Virus record (IMG/VR): IMGVR_UViG_3300026541_000034
Span: 3,257-67,256 of that record
Reading direction: 5' to 3' (one strand)
Length of the DNA: 64,000 nt
Source: a virus
Taxonomy: Duplodnaviria > Caudoviricetes
This document shows positions 16,299-24,870 of the stretch, piece after piece. A program made the translations under genes and the position numbers. The notes below the pieces were generated by a model that worked only from the letters and a program-made list of their open reading frames with translations, was not told where the DNA came from and ran no database searches. Positions within the stretch are counted from its first letter, which is position 1. Every line of letters starts with the position of its first letter.

Positions 16299-16667
16299 AT
16301 GAAGCGGGACGTAGGGCTAATACGCAGCATTCTTTTCGCAATCGAAGCGCAAGACGACGATGCCATTCTATCGCAGTATCCCACGGACAAGATTGTTCAT
16401 CATGTACACATTATGGCGCTCGGTGAGCTTGTAATTCTTCTCGACGTAGAGGAGGAATTTCCAGGCTTAGCCTCTTGTGAGCTTACGTGGTCCGGCTATG
16501 AGGCTCTAGATCTACTTCGGTCTGAAGAGGTGTGGCTCCGTGCAAGAGATATTGCTATTGGAATGGAGATTGAAAGCTTTGAAGTCCTTATCCATATATC
16601 AATAAGTATTGCCAAAAATATGATAGAAGACGCAACAGGTAGGTCAGCCAATTATAGTTTGAATTAG
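16299..16667 (+). CDS. DUF2513 family protein
   Basis: MKRD.GLIRSIL..YHV/HHV..LTWSGYEALD.LR..VW. Confidence 0.8.
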   Translation: MKRDVGLIRSILFAIEAQDDDAILSQYPTDKIVHHVHIMALGELVILLDVEEEFPGLASCELTWSGYEALDLLRSEEVWLRARDIAIGMEIESFEVLIHISISIAKNMIEDATGRSANYSLN

Positions 16668-16678
16668 AGGACTAAGTT

Positions 16679-16948
16679 ATGTTCGGAAACAATCAAATGG
16701 AATGTATGCTGCGAGTGAAGCCTCCGGTAGTTCCATCTTACCTTGTTGAAAACCATACGAGCTTCAGCAGGATTCTTTCATCTATTATTATCAATCATCG
16801 CGACGAGTTCGCTCTTATGCGCGACGGGAATGTTATCCGGTATTATCCTCATAATTTTGTAGCTAAGAGCAAAGGGGAGAAATTCTACCCTGACGGCCGT
16901 TTCTGCGTTTTCAAGGTGACAGAGCCGAAAGCTGTCATGCCGGTGTGA
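16679..16948 (+). CDS. Hypothetical protein
   Basis: ORF with SD AGAGGA. Confidence 0.55.
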   Translation: MFGNNQMECMLRVKPPVVPSYLVENHTSFSRILSSIIINHRDEFALMRDGNVIRYYPHNFVAKSKGEKFYPDGRFCVFKVTEPKAVMPV

Positions 16949-16957
16949 GGAATGTAG

Positions 16958-17197
16958 ATGCGAGGCTGGGCTTTCTTCAAAAAAGTTGGTTTTGATGGCT
17001 GGACTTTGGTTGAATGGTGCGCGCCGTATCCGCCGAAGTGTTGGAGCTTTTATTTTACGTGGCCAGCTTATCATGAGTCTCCATGGCCGCCCCGTTATTG
17101 GATGAGGAAAGGACGAAGCCAGGGGAACGGGAAGACTACCCGTAGGAATCTTTATCTGCCCTACATAGGCACATTTCACTTGTACATTGCGAGATAA
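16958..17197 (+). CDS. Trp/aromatic-rich protein, probable paralog of 17212-17625
   Basis: MRGWAFFKKVGFD versus MRGFKFFHKAIGFD. Confidence 0.6.
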   Translation: MRGWAFFKKVGFDGWTLVEWCAPYPPKCWSFYFTWPAYHESPWPPRYWMRKGRSQGNGKTTRRNLYLPYIGTFHLYIAR

Positions 17198-17211
17198 TTA
17201 GGAGCATTAGA

Positions 17212-17625
17212 ATGCGAGGATTCAAGTTTTTCCATAAAGCAATAGGCTTTGATCCTTTCAGATGGGTCTTGGCCTCGTATCACTCGCCGCATTCATTGAC
17301 TTGGAGTTGGTATATCAATTTCACAGTACTTCGAGAGGGCGAACCTCGCGCATGGCCGATATTTTGGACCCGGAAGCTTGTGAAAATAAGTGGATTGAAG
17401 GCCGTGAATTGCGGCTTCCGCATTCCCTTCATAGGAACAGTCAGGTATTCATGGCAGAGTCCTGTGTGGTTTCGGGATCTGTATTGGGATCTTAGGAATC
17501 ACCCTCCTGTTGTGCATATTACCGGTCAACCTGGAGAGAAGTTGCAGCCTATTATTCGAGATAGCGCGAAAATTATTCCTCTGAATGCTGACCGAGGCGG
17601 TATTATTCCGCCTTACGAAAGCTGA
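17212..17625 (+). CDS. Trp/aromatic-rich protein
   Basis: SD AGGAG; W-rich. Confidence 0.65.
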   Translation: MRGFKFFHKAIGFDPFRWVLASYHSPHSLTWSWYINFTVLREGEPRAWPIFWTRKLVKISGLKAVNCGFRIPFIGTVRYSWQSPVWFRDLYWDLRNHPPVVHITGQPGEKLQPIIRDSAKIIPLNADRGGIIPPYES

Positions 17626-17705
17626 TGGAATTGACTTTGCCAATTATCGGCGGAGTGCTGTTCGTTTGCGCAGTGATCGCAGTCGTAATTATTATGAATT
17701 GGTGA
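17625..17705 (+). CDS. 26-aa single-helix membrane peptide
   Basis: MELTLPIIGGVLFVCAVIAVVIIMNW*; TGATG-coupled. Confidence 0.5.
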   Translation: MELTLPIIGGVLFVCAVIAVVIIMNW

Positions 17706-17895
17706 TTACGGCATCTTTTCAGAAATTGGCTTCTCTGAATCTTCACACTCAGCGCTCTGCGCGCGAAGGGCTCCGGATCTGTCCAGATAGACATAATATA
17801 CGCTCAGTGCTAAAACGGCTCCGACAATGCCGGCCACGATTGCTTCTAATATTCTTTTTAAAGTTTGCATGGGTTGCCTTTCATGGGGATTCGAG

Positions 17896-18045
17896 ATGGA
17901 CTGGTTAAATTTTCAGAGCTGGCGCCGCATGGGTGACGAGGGACGCCGATATCGAGAGCGCTATTACCTTTTTGGTTGGATCTGGACACCTTTCATCTTC
18001 ACGAAACGCTTACCACAGAATAAAGGTCGTGCCCATCTTGAATAA
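17896..18045 (+). CDS. Small hypothetical protein
   Basis: MDWLNFQSW.., SD GGGGA. Confidence 0.45.
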   Translation: MDWLNFQSWRRMGDEGRRYRERYYLFGWIWTPFIFTKRLPQNKGRAHLE

Positions 18046-18225
18046 CTTATGCATGTCAGATGAGAATTGGCCGAAAACCCACCAGAGGACTGCTCCGATG
18101 ATGACAAGCCTGATTATCATGGCGATACCAACGGCGCGACGACTAAATGGCTCTGGCTGTTCAGATTCATCAGAGACCCATTCGAAATCACCTTCGTATG
18201 GATCTCTATGCTTTCTCTTCTTCAT
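18010..18225 (-). CDS. Small membrane protein
   Basis: Hydrophobic AVGIAMIIRLVIIGAVLWWVF; ATGA-coupled. Confidence 0.55.
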   Translation of the reverse strand: MKKRKHRDPYEGDFEWVSDESEQPEPFSRRAVGIAMIIRLVIIGAVLWWVFGQFSSDMHKLFKMGTTFILW

Positions 18226-18554
18226 TCGACTCTTTCGCCTGACCAAACGAGTACATATCCTAAATCTGATGTAATTATATTGCAATCCGATAGCGTAAGG
18301 ATGCTGCCGTTGATTGTAAATAGGCACGAGCGATCGGGAATGTCCTTGGGATAAGTGAATTCTATTCGGTCTCCAACTTTTTCCCATTTGTATTGCAGAC
18401 CTGCTTCGATGATTTTGACATAATCGTTGCCGGTCCCGCCATGCCTGAATTCAAAAGAATCTTCCTGTGCGCTTTCCCAAATTCCTATGAGTGGGTCTAT
18501 TGGCTCTGAATAATTTGTTGATAATGCGACGAGGATAGTCAAGATTTCTAACAC
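18222..18554 (-). CDS. Exported lipocalin/DUF5640-like protein, paralog 1
   Basis: Hydrophobic N-terminus, LIGIWES..F.F..G.G..W..C..C. Confidence 0.6.
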   Translation of the reverse strand: MLEILTILVALSTNYSEPIDPLIGIWESAQEDSFEFRHGGTGNDYVKIIEAGLQYKWEKVGDRIEFTYPKDIPDRSCLFTINGSILTLSDCNIITSDLGYVLVWSGERVE

Positions 18555-18556
18555 GG

Positions 18557-18925
18557 TTACTCTCCTGCAAGGACGATCCCTTTTCTACCGGTCCAACTAT
18601 TAACAATTCCTTGCGATGTACTCATTATGCAGCTGTCAATCGTAATGGTATCGTATAGCACCATTTCTTGGATTTTATACCTGCAAATATTATGCGCGTC
18701 TCTCGTTAGATGAGAAAATATTATCGAATCTCCTTCTAAGAGTTCCCACCTGAAGTATGCAGTTGCTCTTAGGTAATTATTATAGCCGCGACCTTTTCCA
18801 TTGTGTGCGAATTCCATGAAGTCTCCATCCTGACTTCCCCATTTCCCAACAATTGAGTCTCGGGTTTTTCCTGCTGTCAGAAGTAGAAGCACAAAGCAGA
18901 GCGCCAATATTTTCATCTTAAACAT
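18557..18925 (-). CDS. Exported lipocalin/DUF5640-like protein, paralog 2
   Basis: Signal peptide, IVGKWGS..F.EF..G.G..W..C..C. Confidence 0.65.
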   Translation of the reverse strand: MFKMKILALCFVLLLLTAGKTRDSIVGKWGSQDGDFMEFAHNGKGRGYNNYLRATAYFRWELLEGDSIIFSHLTRDAHNICRYKIQEMVLYDTITIDSCIMSTSQGIVNSWTGRKGIVLAGE

Positions 18926-19022
18926 GAGCTTATCTCCAAGGTCTCGAAACCTTACCAAAATACACGTTCAGATGGAAGGGCGGCATGTCAGCGGCTCTTG
19001 TTTTTCCCCAGAGGATTTCAAT

Positions 19023-19445
19023 ATGTCAAAAAGCAATGTATTTGAACAAGCTATTTTGGAGCTTATTTTCAATGCGGTTGATATTGCCAATATCGCAGAT
19101 GATACCGTTACAGCTCCTGCAACGACGTTGGAAGTTTCGCTTCATTTTGCGGAGCCGGGCGAAACGGGCAACATGTCTACGAACGAAGCAACGTATACCG
19201 GCTATTCGCGCGTCACTGTAGCGCGAACCGCTGGCGGCTGGAATGTAACAAGTGGTGTAGCAAGCCCGGCCAACGATATTGTTTTCCCAGTCGCAACTGC
19301 CGGCACTGAAACGCTCGTTGCCATAGGTATAGGGTCTGGAGTGGGCAACGATTTGATGTACTCGGGCAGCTTGACCCCATCCATTTCGGTCAATCCAGGT
19401 GTTACCCCTCGGGTGACGACGGCCAGTACTATCACTGAGGACTGA
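19023..19445 (+). CDS. Phage fibre-associated structural protein
   Basis: MSKSNVFEQAILELIFN..EATYTGYSRV.V.R..GGW pattern. Confidence 0.75.
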   Translation: MSKSNVFEQAILELIFNAVDIANIADDTVTAPATTLEVSLHFAEPGETGNMSTNEATYTGYSRVTVARTAGGWNVTSGVASPANDIVFPVATAGTETLVAIGIGSGVGNDLMYSGSLTPSISVNPGVTPRVTTASTITED

Positions 19446-19447
19446 TC

Positions 19448-20845
19448 ATGCCAGCTCCCGCGAATCTCGTTCAAGAAATTTCATTATCAGCCGGCCTGGG
19501 CGACTTTACGCTCACGGCTGCTGATGGAAGACAGACGTTCAATCAGGCGTTCGGGATTGGCGGGACTGACTTGTTCGATTATTTCATAACGAACCGGGAC
19601 GCGGGTGAATGGGAGCGCGGCACCGCGCATCTTCTGAATGCAACGACGCTCGTGCGCGATACGATTGTTGAGTCTTCAAACAGCGACAACCCGGTTAGCT
19701 TCGCTGCCGGCACGAAGGACGTGACCAATGATGTCCCGGCTGACAATCAAGTGCTCCTGGATGGGACGCAAACGTTCACGGGGGTGATGGGCTTTGAGCA
19801 GCCAATTCTTGCAGTCAACGACGTCTCTGCGCCAACGGATGCTAATGCGGACGGTGCTGGTTTTGCAATTAAAGGGACGGTAGACAAAACAATAACATGG
19901 GATGACGGCAACGAGCAGGTAAGGTCTTCAGACCCATTTCATGCTCCGGTGCTTGCATTTGCTGATACCTTATTAACCCCTTCCGGAGATTGGGATAACG
20001 AGGGAATCAAATTCGATGAAGAGTCACTCTTAAGATTTGATACTAGGAACGTTATTTTTGAGGAAGGAGGCGTTATAAAATTCGATAATATTGACCAGAT
20101 CGATAGTACGGCAAAGGCGACGATCGAAGCCACTATTACTGCGCTTCTAAATTTAACATCTGTTGGTGCTTTAGATGCAGGTTCGATAACGAATGGCTTT
20201 GGCGATATAGATATTGGATCAAGTACGCTTACGGCTACAGGAACGATAAACGCAGCCGGTGGATCGACTTGGGACAACACTGGCATTGATCTTTCGGATG
20301 GCGATTCTCTGCAGATTGCTGGCTTTGAAATGCTTAGGATTAGCGGGGGCGCCGGGTTTCTATCAAATATTACTGTGCTCGACCAAGACACAGAGGACAC
20401 GATCGTCGCCGCGATGCCTGCCGCAACGACTAGCCTCGAAGGTTTTGCGGAGTTTGCAACGTCCGTAGAATTTCAAAGCAATTCCACCAATATCCGCGCA
20501 TTAGAATCCAATCAAGTTTGGGACGCACAGGCAGAAGTAGCACTAACTTCCACTTCCAATTCCGTCGCCTGGGATATGGATACTGGGTTCAATTTTGATA
20601 TTGATACTCTCTCGGAGAACACGACTATTGCAAACCCGACCAATACTCACGTTGGGAAGTCGGGGCACTTGCGAATTGTGCAAGACGGTACAGGTACGAG
20701 AACAGTCGCTTTCGGTTCAAACTTTGAGTTCGCTGGTGGCAACGCGCCGACAGCATCCACCGATCCTGCAGCGGAAGACATGTTCTTCTACAAAGTCATA
20801 TCCAGTACGCGCATTCTCATTTCGAGCATTTTGGATATTTCGTAA
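19448..20845 (+). CDS. Tail fibre-like protein
   Basis: N-terminal VQE..G.G..TL..WE.G..L.R..SSN domain; C-terminal L.IVQDGTG.RTV.FGS domain. Confidence 0.75.
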   Translation: MPAPANLVQEISLSAGLGDFTLTAADGRQTFNQAFGIGGTDLFDYFITNRDAGEWERGTAHLLNATTLVRDTIVESSNSDNPVSFAAGTKDVTNDVPADNQVLLDGTQTFTGVMGFEQPILAVNDVSAPTDANADGAGFAIKGTVDKTITWDDGNEQVRSSDPFHAPVLAFADTLLTPSGDWDNEGIKFDEESLLRFDTRNVIFEEGGVIKFDNIDQIDSTAKATIEATITALLNLTSVGALDAGSITNGFGDIDIGSSTLTATGTINAAGGSTWDNTGIDLSDGDSLQIAGFEMLRISGGAGFLSNITVLDQDTEDTIVAAMPAATTSLEGFAEFATSVEFQSNSTNIRALESNQVWDAQAEVALTSTSNSVAWDMDTGFNFDIDTLSENTTIANPTNTHVGKSGHLRIVQDGTGTRTVAFGSNFEFAGGNAPTASTDPAAEDMFFYKVISSTRILISSILDIS

Positions 20846-21588
20846 TGCCGCTTCCTGGAATGATATCGCCACCGGGCTTCTTTGAAACCCCAGTTGCAAC
20901 AGGTCCGCAACCCCCTGTAACGCTTGACTTGAAAGTCCAATTTGAAATGGACGCTACAATACCGCCAACAGCAACGTCATGGGTGGACGAAGTTGCTGGT
21001 ATCGAATTGATTGTTCAACCTTCTATGGTTGCGCCATCTATTATTGTTGGTGGGACGCCTACTGGCCAAGATTATTACGAATTTACAGTGAATGAAGGCT
21101 TAGGAACTATTCTACTTGCAGGTGAAGACATTCCTGCAGATGCCGATAGCCGAAGCATGTATCTCGTTTGTAGATTCGAATCAACACAAACCCCGAATTT
21201 TCATGGAGTGGTTTACGGCGACCCTTCTGGAAGTGATGAAGCGTTTGGCTTAATTTTGGACCCCTCATTTACTACTATTTCAGCTGATTTTTTCTTTTCT
21301 CTTTTCAACAGCTCATCACTGGTTAAGGACAGTACATTTCATGTTCTATTACTGTCATATGATACTTCGGATAATATTTTAATAGAGAGAGACAATGTTA
21401 GCGGTTTATTTGTTGATGTAGGTATAAGAGAACTTGTTTTGGAAAAACTTTATATCAATGAATTAATAGATGACTCTGTAGGTGCGGAAATTGATGTAGC
21501 TGCTATTCTTATATACGCAGGTGCTCACAACGCGGCGGATAGACTAGCAACATTTAATTATTTAAACGATAAATACATAGGAGCATAG
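20845..21588 (+). CDS. LamG/concanavalin-like fibre-associated protein
   Basis: MPLPGM start, beta-rich body, C-terminal IAAILIY..H...R...YL..KY. Confidence 0.6.
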   Translation: MPLPGMISPPGFFETPVATGPQPPVTLDLKVQFEMDATIPPTATSWVDEVAGIELIVQPSMVAPSIIVGGTPTGQDYYEFTVNEGLGTILLAGEDIPADADSRSMYLVCRFESTQTPNFHGVVYGDPSGSDEAFGLILDPSFTTISADFFFSLFNSSSLVKDSTFHVLLLSYDTSDNILIERDNVSGLFVDVGIRELVLEKLYINELIDDSVGAEIDVAAILIYAGAHNAADRLATFNYLNDKYIGA

Positions 21589-21592
21589 ATAC

Positions 21593-22432
21593 ATGATCGG
21601 TGCTACTATAGGTGCGGCGATTGGATCGGCGGGCTTAGCTGCTGCAGTCGAAGAAGCTGACTTCGCAATAAATACCAACACAATGGTCGTTGCAGTCGGT
21701 GAGACGGATGCGGAAGCGTCGTTCTCTATTGCTGGCAATACTGTTGTTTCTGGCGACAGCTTGGCCAGCGGCGAGGCTGAATTCAACATCCTAAGCATGG
21801 GGGCGGTTTCTCCAGTTGGTGAAGGCGGAATCTTATCCGCATTCTCTGTCACTGGCGATGCCGTAGTTGCCGCTGTCAGCGCAGCGGATGCAGCCGTTTC
21901 GTTCGATGTAATAACGAGTACCGTCGTTCTTGCTGTTAGTGCTGCAGTTGCAGAGGTTTCGTTTTCCATTGCAGGTGATACCGTTGTTGCTGGCGATAGT
22001 TTGGCCGGTGGCGAGGCTGAATTCAATATTAACAGCACTGCTCTCGTCTCTGCAGTAGGCGTTGGCGAAGGCGTCGCCGCATTCTCATCTGAAGGCACTA
22101 CCGTTGTTGCTGCAATTGGCGAAGCCGATGGGATCACCCAATTCTCGATCGAGGGCGATACCATCGTTGCGCCGGTCACTCAGGGCGGAGTTGAGGTTGC
22201 ATTCACGGTCACTGGTGACACCGCTGTCGCCGCGATCAGCGCCGCCGACGCGGGCGTCATGTTCATGCTCGATGGCACGACCGTTCTGGACATACAGACA
22301 GATCAATTCAACGTAACGATCGTGGATACGGACAAGTTGCAATTGCCTGTTGATTTCGTTCTCGGCGGAAACATCAAGCCAGAGAGCCCAGCGATCAATT
22401 CAGTTTTAGCGAGACATATTTTCAATGAGTAG
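21593..22432 (+). CDS. Ala/Val/Gly/Thr-rich repetitive structural protein
   Basis: Internal repeats FSIAG.TVV.GDSLA.GEAEFNI. Confidence 0.7.
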   Translation: MIGATIGAAIGSAGLAAAVEEADFAINTNTMVVAVGETDAEASFSIAGNTVVSGDSLASGEAEFNILSMGAVSPVGEGGILSAFSVTGDAVVAAVSAADAAVSFDVITSTVVLAVSAAVAEVSFSIAGDTVVAGDSLAGGEAEFNINSTALVSAVGVGEGVAAFSSEGTTVVAAIGEADGITQFSIEGDTIVAPVTQGGVEVAFTVTGDTAVAAISAADAGVMFMLDGTTVLDIQTDQFNVTIVDTDKLQLPVDFVLGGNIKPESPAINSVLARHIFNE

Positions 22433-23045
22433 CATTCTTTTTTGTACGCCATGTTTTGGTGGCCAGGTTTTTGCCCCTCACATGAGATCCTGCCTGGAAC
22501 TTACGGGGATTTTGACACAAATAGGGCTCGAATATGATTGGCTAATTCGGTGGAATGAAAGCCTGGTACATCGCGCGCGCATGGGCATGACCGCTGAGTT
22601 CTTGGAAACAGATCATACCCACATGATGTGGCTCGACGCTGATATCGACTTCGTAGCGGACGACGTCGCCAAGTTGTGGAATATGGATGCCGATATCGCG
22701 GTCGGCGTATATCAGATGAAGAAAGAAGGCGCCGGCTACGCGGCTTGGTTAGGGGGCAAGCTCATAACCGAGCTGGACCAGTTCAAAGAACCGATCGCGG
22801 TAGACTACGCCGGAACCGGCTTCATGATGATCAAGCGCGAAGTCATAGAGCGTCTCTCTCTCGAAGTCCCCGCCTTTGCGAATGAATATACTGATGTCCC
22901 GGCTCTTTATATGACGCCAATTAGTGGTGGCGTCCTTATGAGTGAAGATTACTTTTTCTGCGAACTCGCGCGGGAGCACGGCTACAAAGTGATGATGGAT
23001 ACGAGCGTGCGTCTCGGTCATTGGGGATTGAAGCGCTATGGATAG
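22425..23045 (+). CDS. GT-A fold (GT2-like) glycosyltransferase
   Basis: LVHRAR, WLDADI (DxD), GTGFMMIKR, SEDYFFC, GH. Confidence 0.85.
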   Translation: MSSILFCTPCFGGQVFAPHMRSCLELTGILTQIGLEYDWLIRWNESLVHRARMGMTAEFLETDHTHMMWLDADIDFVADDVAKLWNMDADIAVGVYQMKKEGAGYAAWLGGKLITELDQFKEPIAVDYAGTGFMMIKREVIERLSLEVPAFANEYTDVPALYMTPISGGVLMSEDYFFCELAREHGYKVMMDTSVRLGHWGLKRYG

Positions 23046-24499
23046 CAACCTTGTCTGAACTTGAGCTTCTTGGTGAGCTGACCGCTGAACTTGAGCGCGG
23101 CTTAGCCCAGAATAAACTCGCGACGTATGAGCCCTACAAGTTTCAGCAAGAGTTTCATGCCGCTGGTCGAGATAATCCTGAACGTATGCTTATGGCGGCG
23201 AATCGCACGGGCAAGACAATGTCGGCGGCTATCGAAGTCACTTACCATTTGACAGGTCTCTATCCTGATTGGTGGAAGGGTAAAGTATTTGAGAGTCCGA
23301 CGCTTTGTTGGACGGGCAGTACTACGAATGAGACGTCCAAAGACATCGTTCAGAAGGAGCTTATAGGCGGCTTAGGTGAGGATTTGGGTACTGGATGGGT
23401 GCCTAAATCGCTGATTGTCGGCAAGCCTACGACGCGCCAGGCCGGTGTCAAGAATGTAGTCGATTCTTTCAAGGTTCGACATGTGTCGGGTGGCTTATCA
23501 GAATGTGTTCTCAAGACCTACGAACAGGGTTGGCAAAAATGGCAAGGCGCCGCTCCTGATGTTGTTTGGCCCGATGAAGAGCCGGATGATTATATGATAT
23601 TTTCAGAAGCTCAAACCCGTATCTTGACATCGGGCGGGATTCTTCTGGTGACATTCACCCCGCTGCTCGGGCTAACCGATTTAGTGCAGCATTTCCAAGA
23701 AGGCGGCAAAGGAATCTTTCTCTTAGGCGCAACCTGGGAAGACGCTCCTCATTTGCCGAAAGATGAAAGAGATAGGCTTGCAGCTTCTTATCGCGCGCAT
23801 GAGCGGCCCGCGCGAACTAAGGGCATCCCAATGATGGGCGAAGGAGCCGTATTCCCGGTTCCTGAAGAAGATATCATGTTCAATCTTAGTGATTGGCCGG
23901 GAGGTATCCCGAGATATTTTGCTCGCATGAAAGGCTGCGACTTTGGCATGGATCATCCCGCAGCCGGTTCAGAGATCGCATGGGATCGCGACCAAGATAT
24001 TATCTATGTCATCGACTGCTATCGGAAGGCTCAAGAGAAGGCTCCGTACCACGCCGCGTGGTTCAACAAGGCAAACCGACGAATCCCGGTAGCGTGGCCG
24101 CATGACGGTATGAACCGCGAAACTGTTGGTGGCGACAAGCTCGCGGACACATACCGCAAGCATGGCGCCAACATGATGGGCAAGTCTGCGCGCTATCGAA
24201 AGTCACCAGGTCAAAAAGAAGACAAGGGCGGCCCGCAGCCGGTCGAGCCGATCGTTGATGAGGTGCTTGAGCGCATGCTTACCGGTCGCTTTAAGGTCGC
24301 TTCCCACTTGAACGGGTGGTTCGAAGAAATGCGCTCTTATCATAGGAAAGATGGCCGGATAGTTGCCCGCCGCGACGATATTTTGAAGGCAACTTTCTAC
24401 GCCGTGATGATGAAACGCTATGCGGTTACAGCCAGTGAATACAGGCCGAATGCATATGCAGGCCCGCTGGTTCCGGTTTCCAGCACGAGGTTACAATGA
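23021..24499 (+). CDS. terL: Terminase large subunit
   Basis: Walker A AANRTGKT, Walker B VVWPDEEP, C-terminal nuclease DFG..DD; true start possibly 23051. Confidence 0.95.
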   Translation: MGIEALWIATLSELELLGELTAELERGLAQNKLATYEPYKFQQEFHAAGRDNPERMLMAANRTGKTMSAAIEVTYHLTGLYPDWWKGKVFESPTLCWTGSTTNETSKDIVQKELIGGLGEDLGTGWVPKSLIVGKPTTRQAGVKNVVDSFKVRHVSGGLSECVLKTYEQGWQKWQGAAPDVVWPDEEPDDYMIFSEAQTRILTSGGILLVTFTPLLGLTDLVQHFQEGGKGIFLLGATWEDAPHLPKDERDRLAASYRAHERPARTKGIPMMGEGAVFPVPEEDIMFNLSDWPGGIPRYFARMKGCDFGMDHPAAGSEIAWDRDQDIIYVIDCYRKAQEKAPYHAAWFNKANRRIPVAWPHDGMNRETVGGDKLADTYRKHGANMMGKSARYRKSPGQKEDKGGPQPVEPIVDEVLERMLTGRFKVASHLNGWFEEMRSYHRKDGRIVARRDDILKATFYAVMMKRYAVTASEYRPNAYAGPLVPVSSTRLQ

Positions 24500-24870
24500 A
24501 AAAACAAGCTTTTGAAGAGGCTTGCCGGAAGGCGGCCATGACTCCTGCACACCGTACAAAAATTCTGGGCTATGAGGTTTTCATCGCCGATGGTTTTTCG
24601 TTTGATCCCCACACAAAGTTTGCCCGGTTTGGTATTGAGAAGGGTGAATTCCCGCTGGGTGCCTATGCAACCATGTGGTGGGTTGCCAAAGACGAAGAAC
24701 TCGACATTGGACAACCGTTGTTTTTCGATTTTCTCCATAATCCTGAATACGATTTAGCGACCAAGAAAATGGCGCGTGTCAATACTGCCGTTAGGGAAGC
24801 TGGGGCTTTTCTGAAAAGACGCAAGGAAATAGCTAAGGAAATAGCTCAGAAGGTTCGCAGCAATGCCTAG
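24496..24870 (+). CDS. Hypothetical protein between terL and portal
   Basis: Translationally coupled on both sides. Confidence 0.7.
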   Translation: MKKQAFEEACRKAAMTPAHRTKILGYEVFIADGFSFDPHTKFARFGIEKGEFPLGAYATMWWVAKDEELDIGQPLFFDFLHNPEYDLATKKMARVNTAVREAGAFLKRRKEIAKEIAQKVRSNA

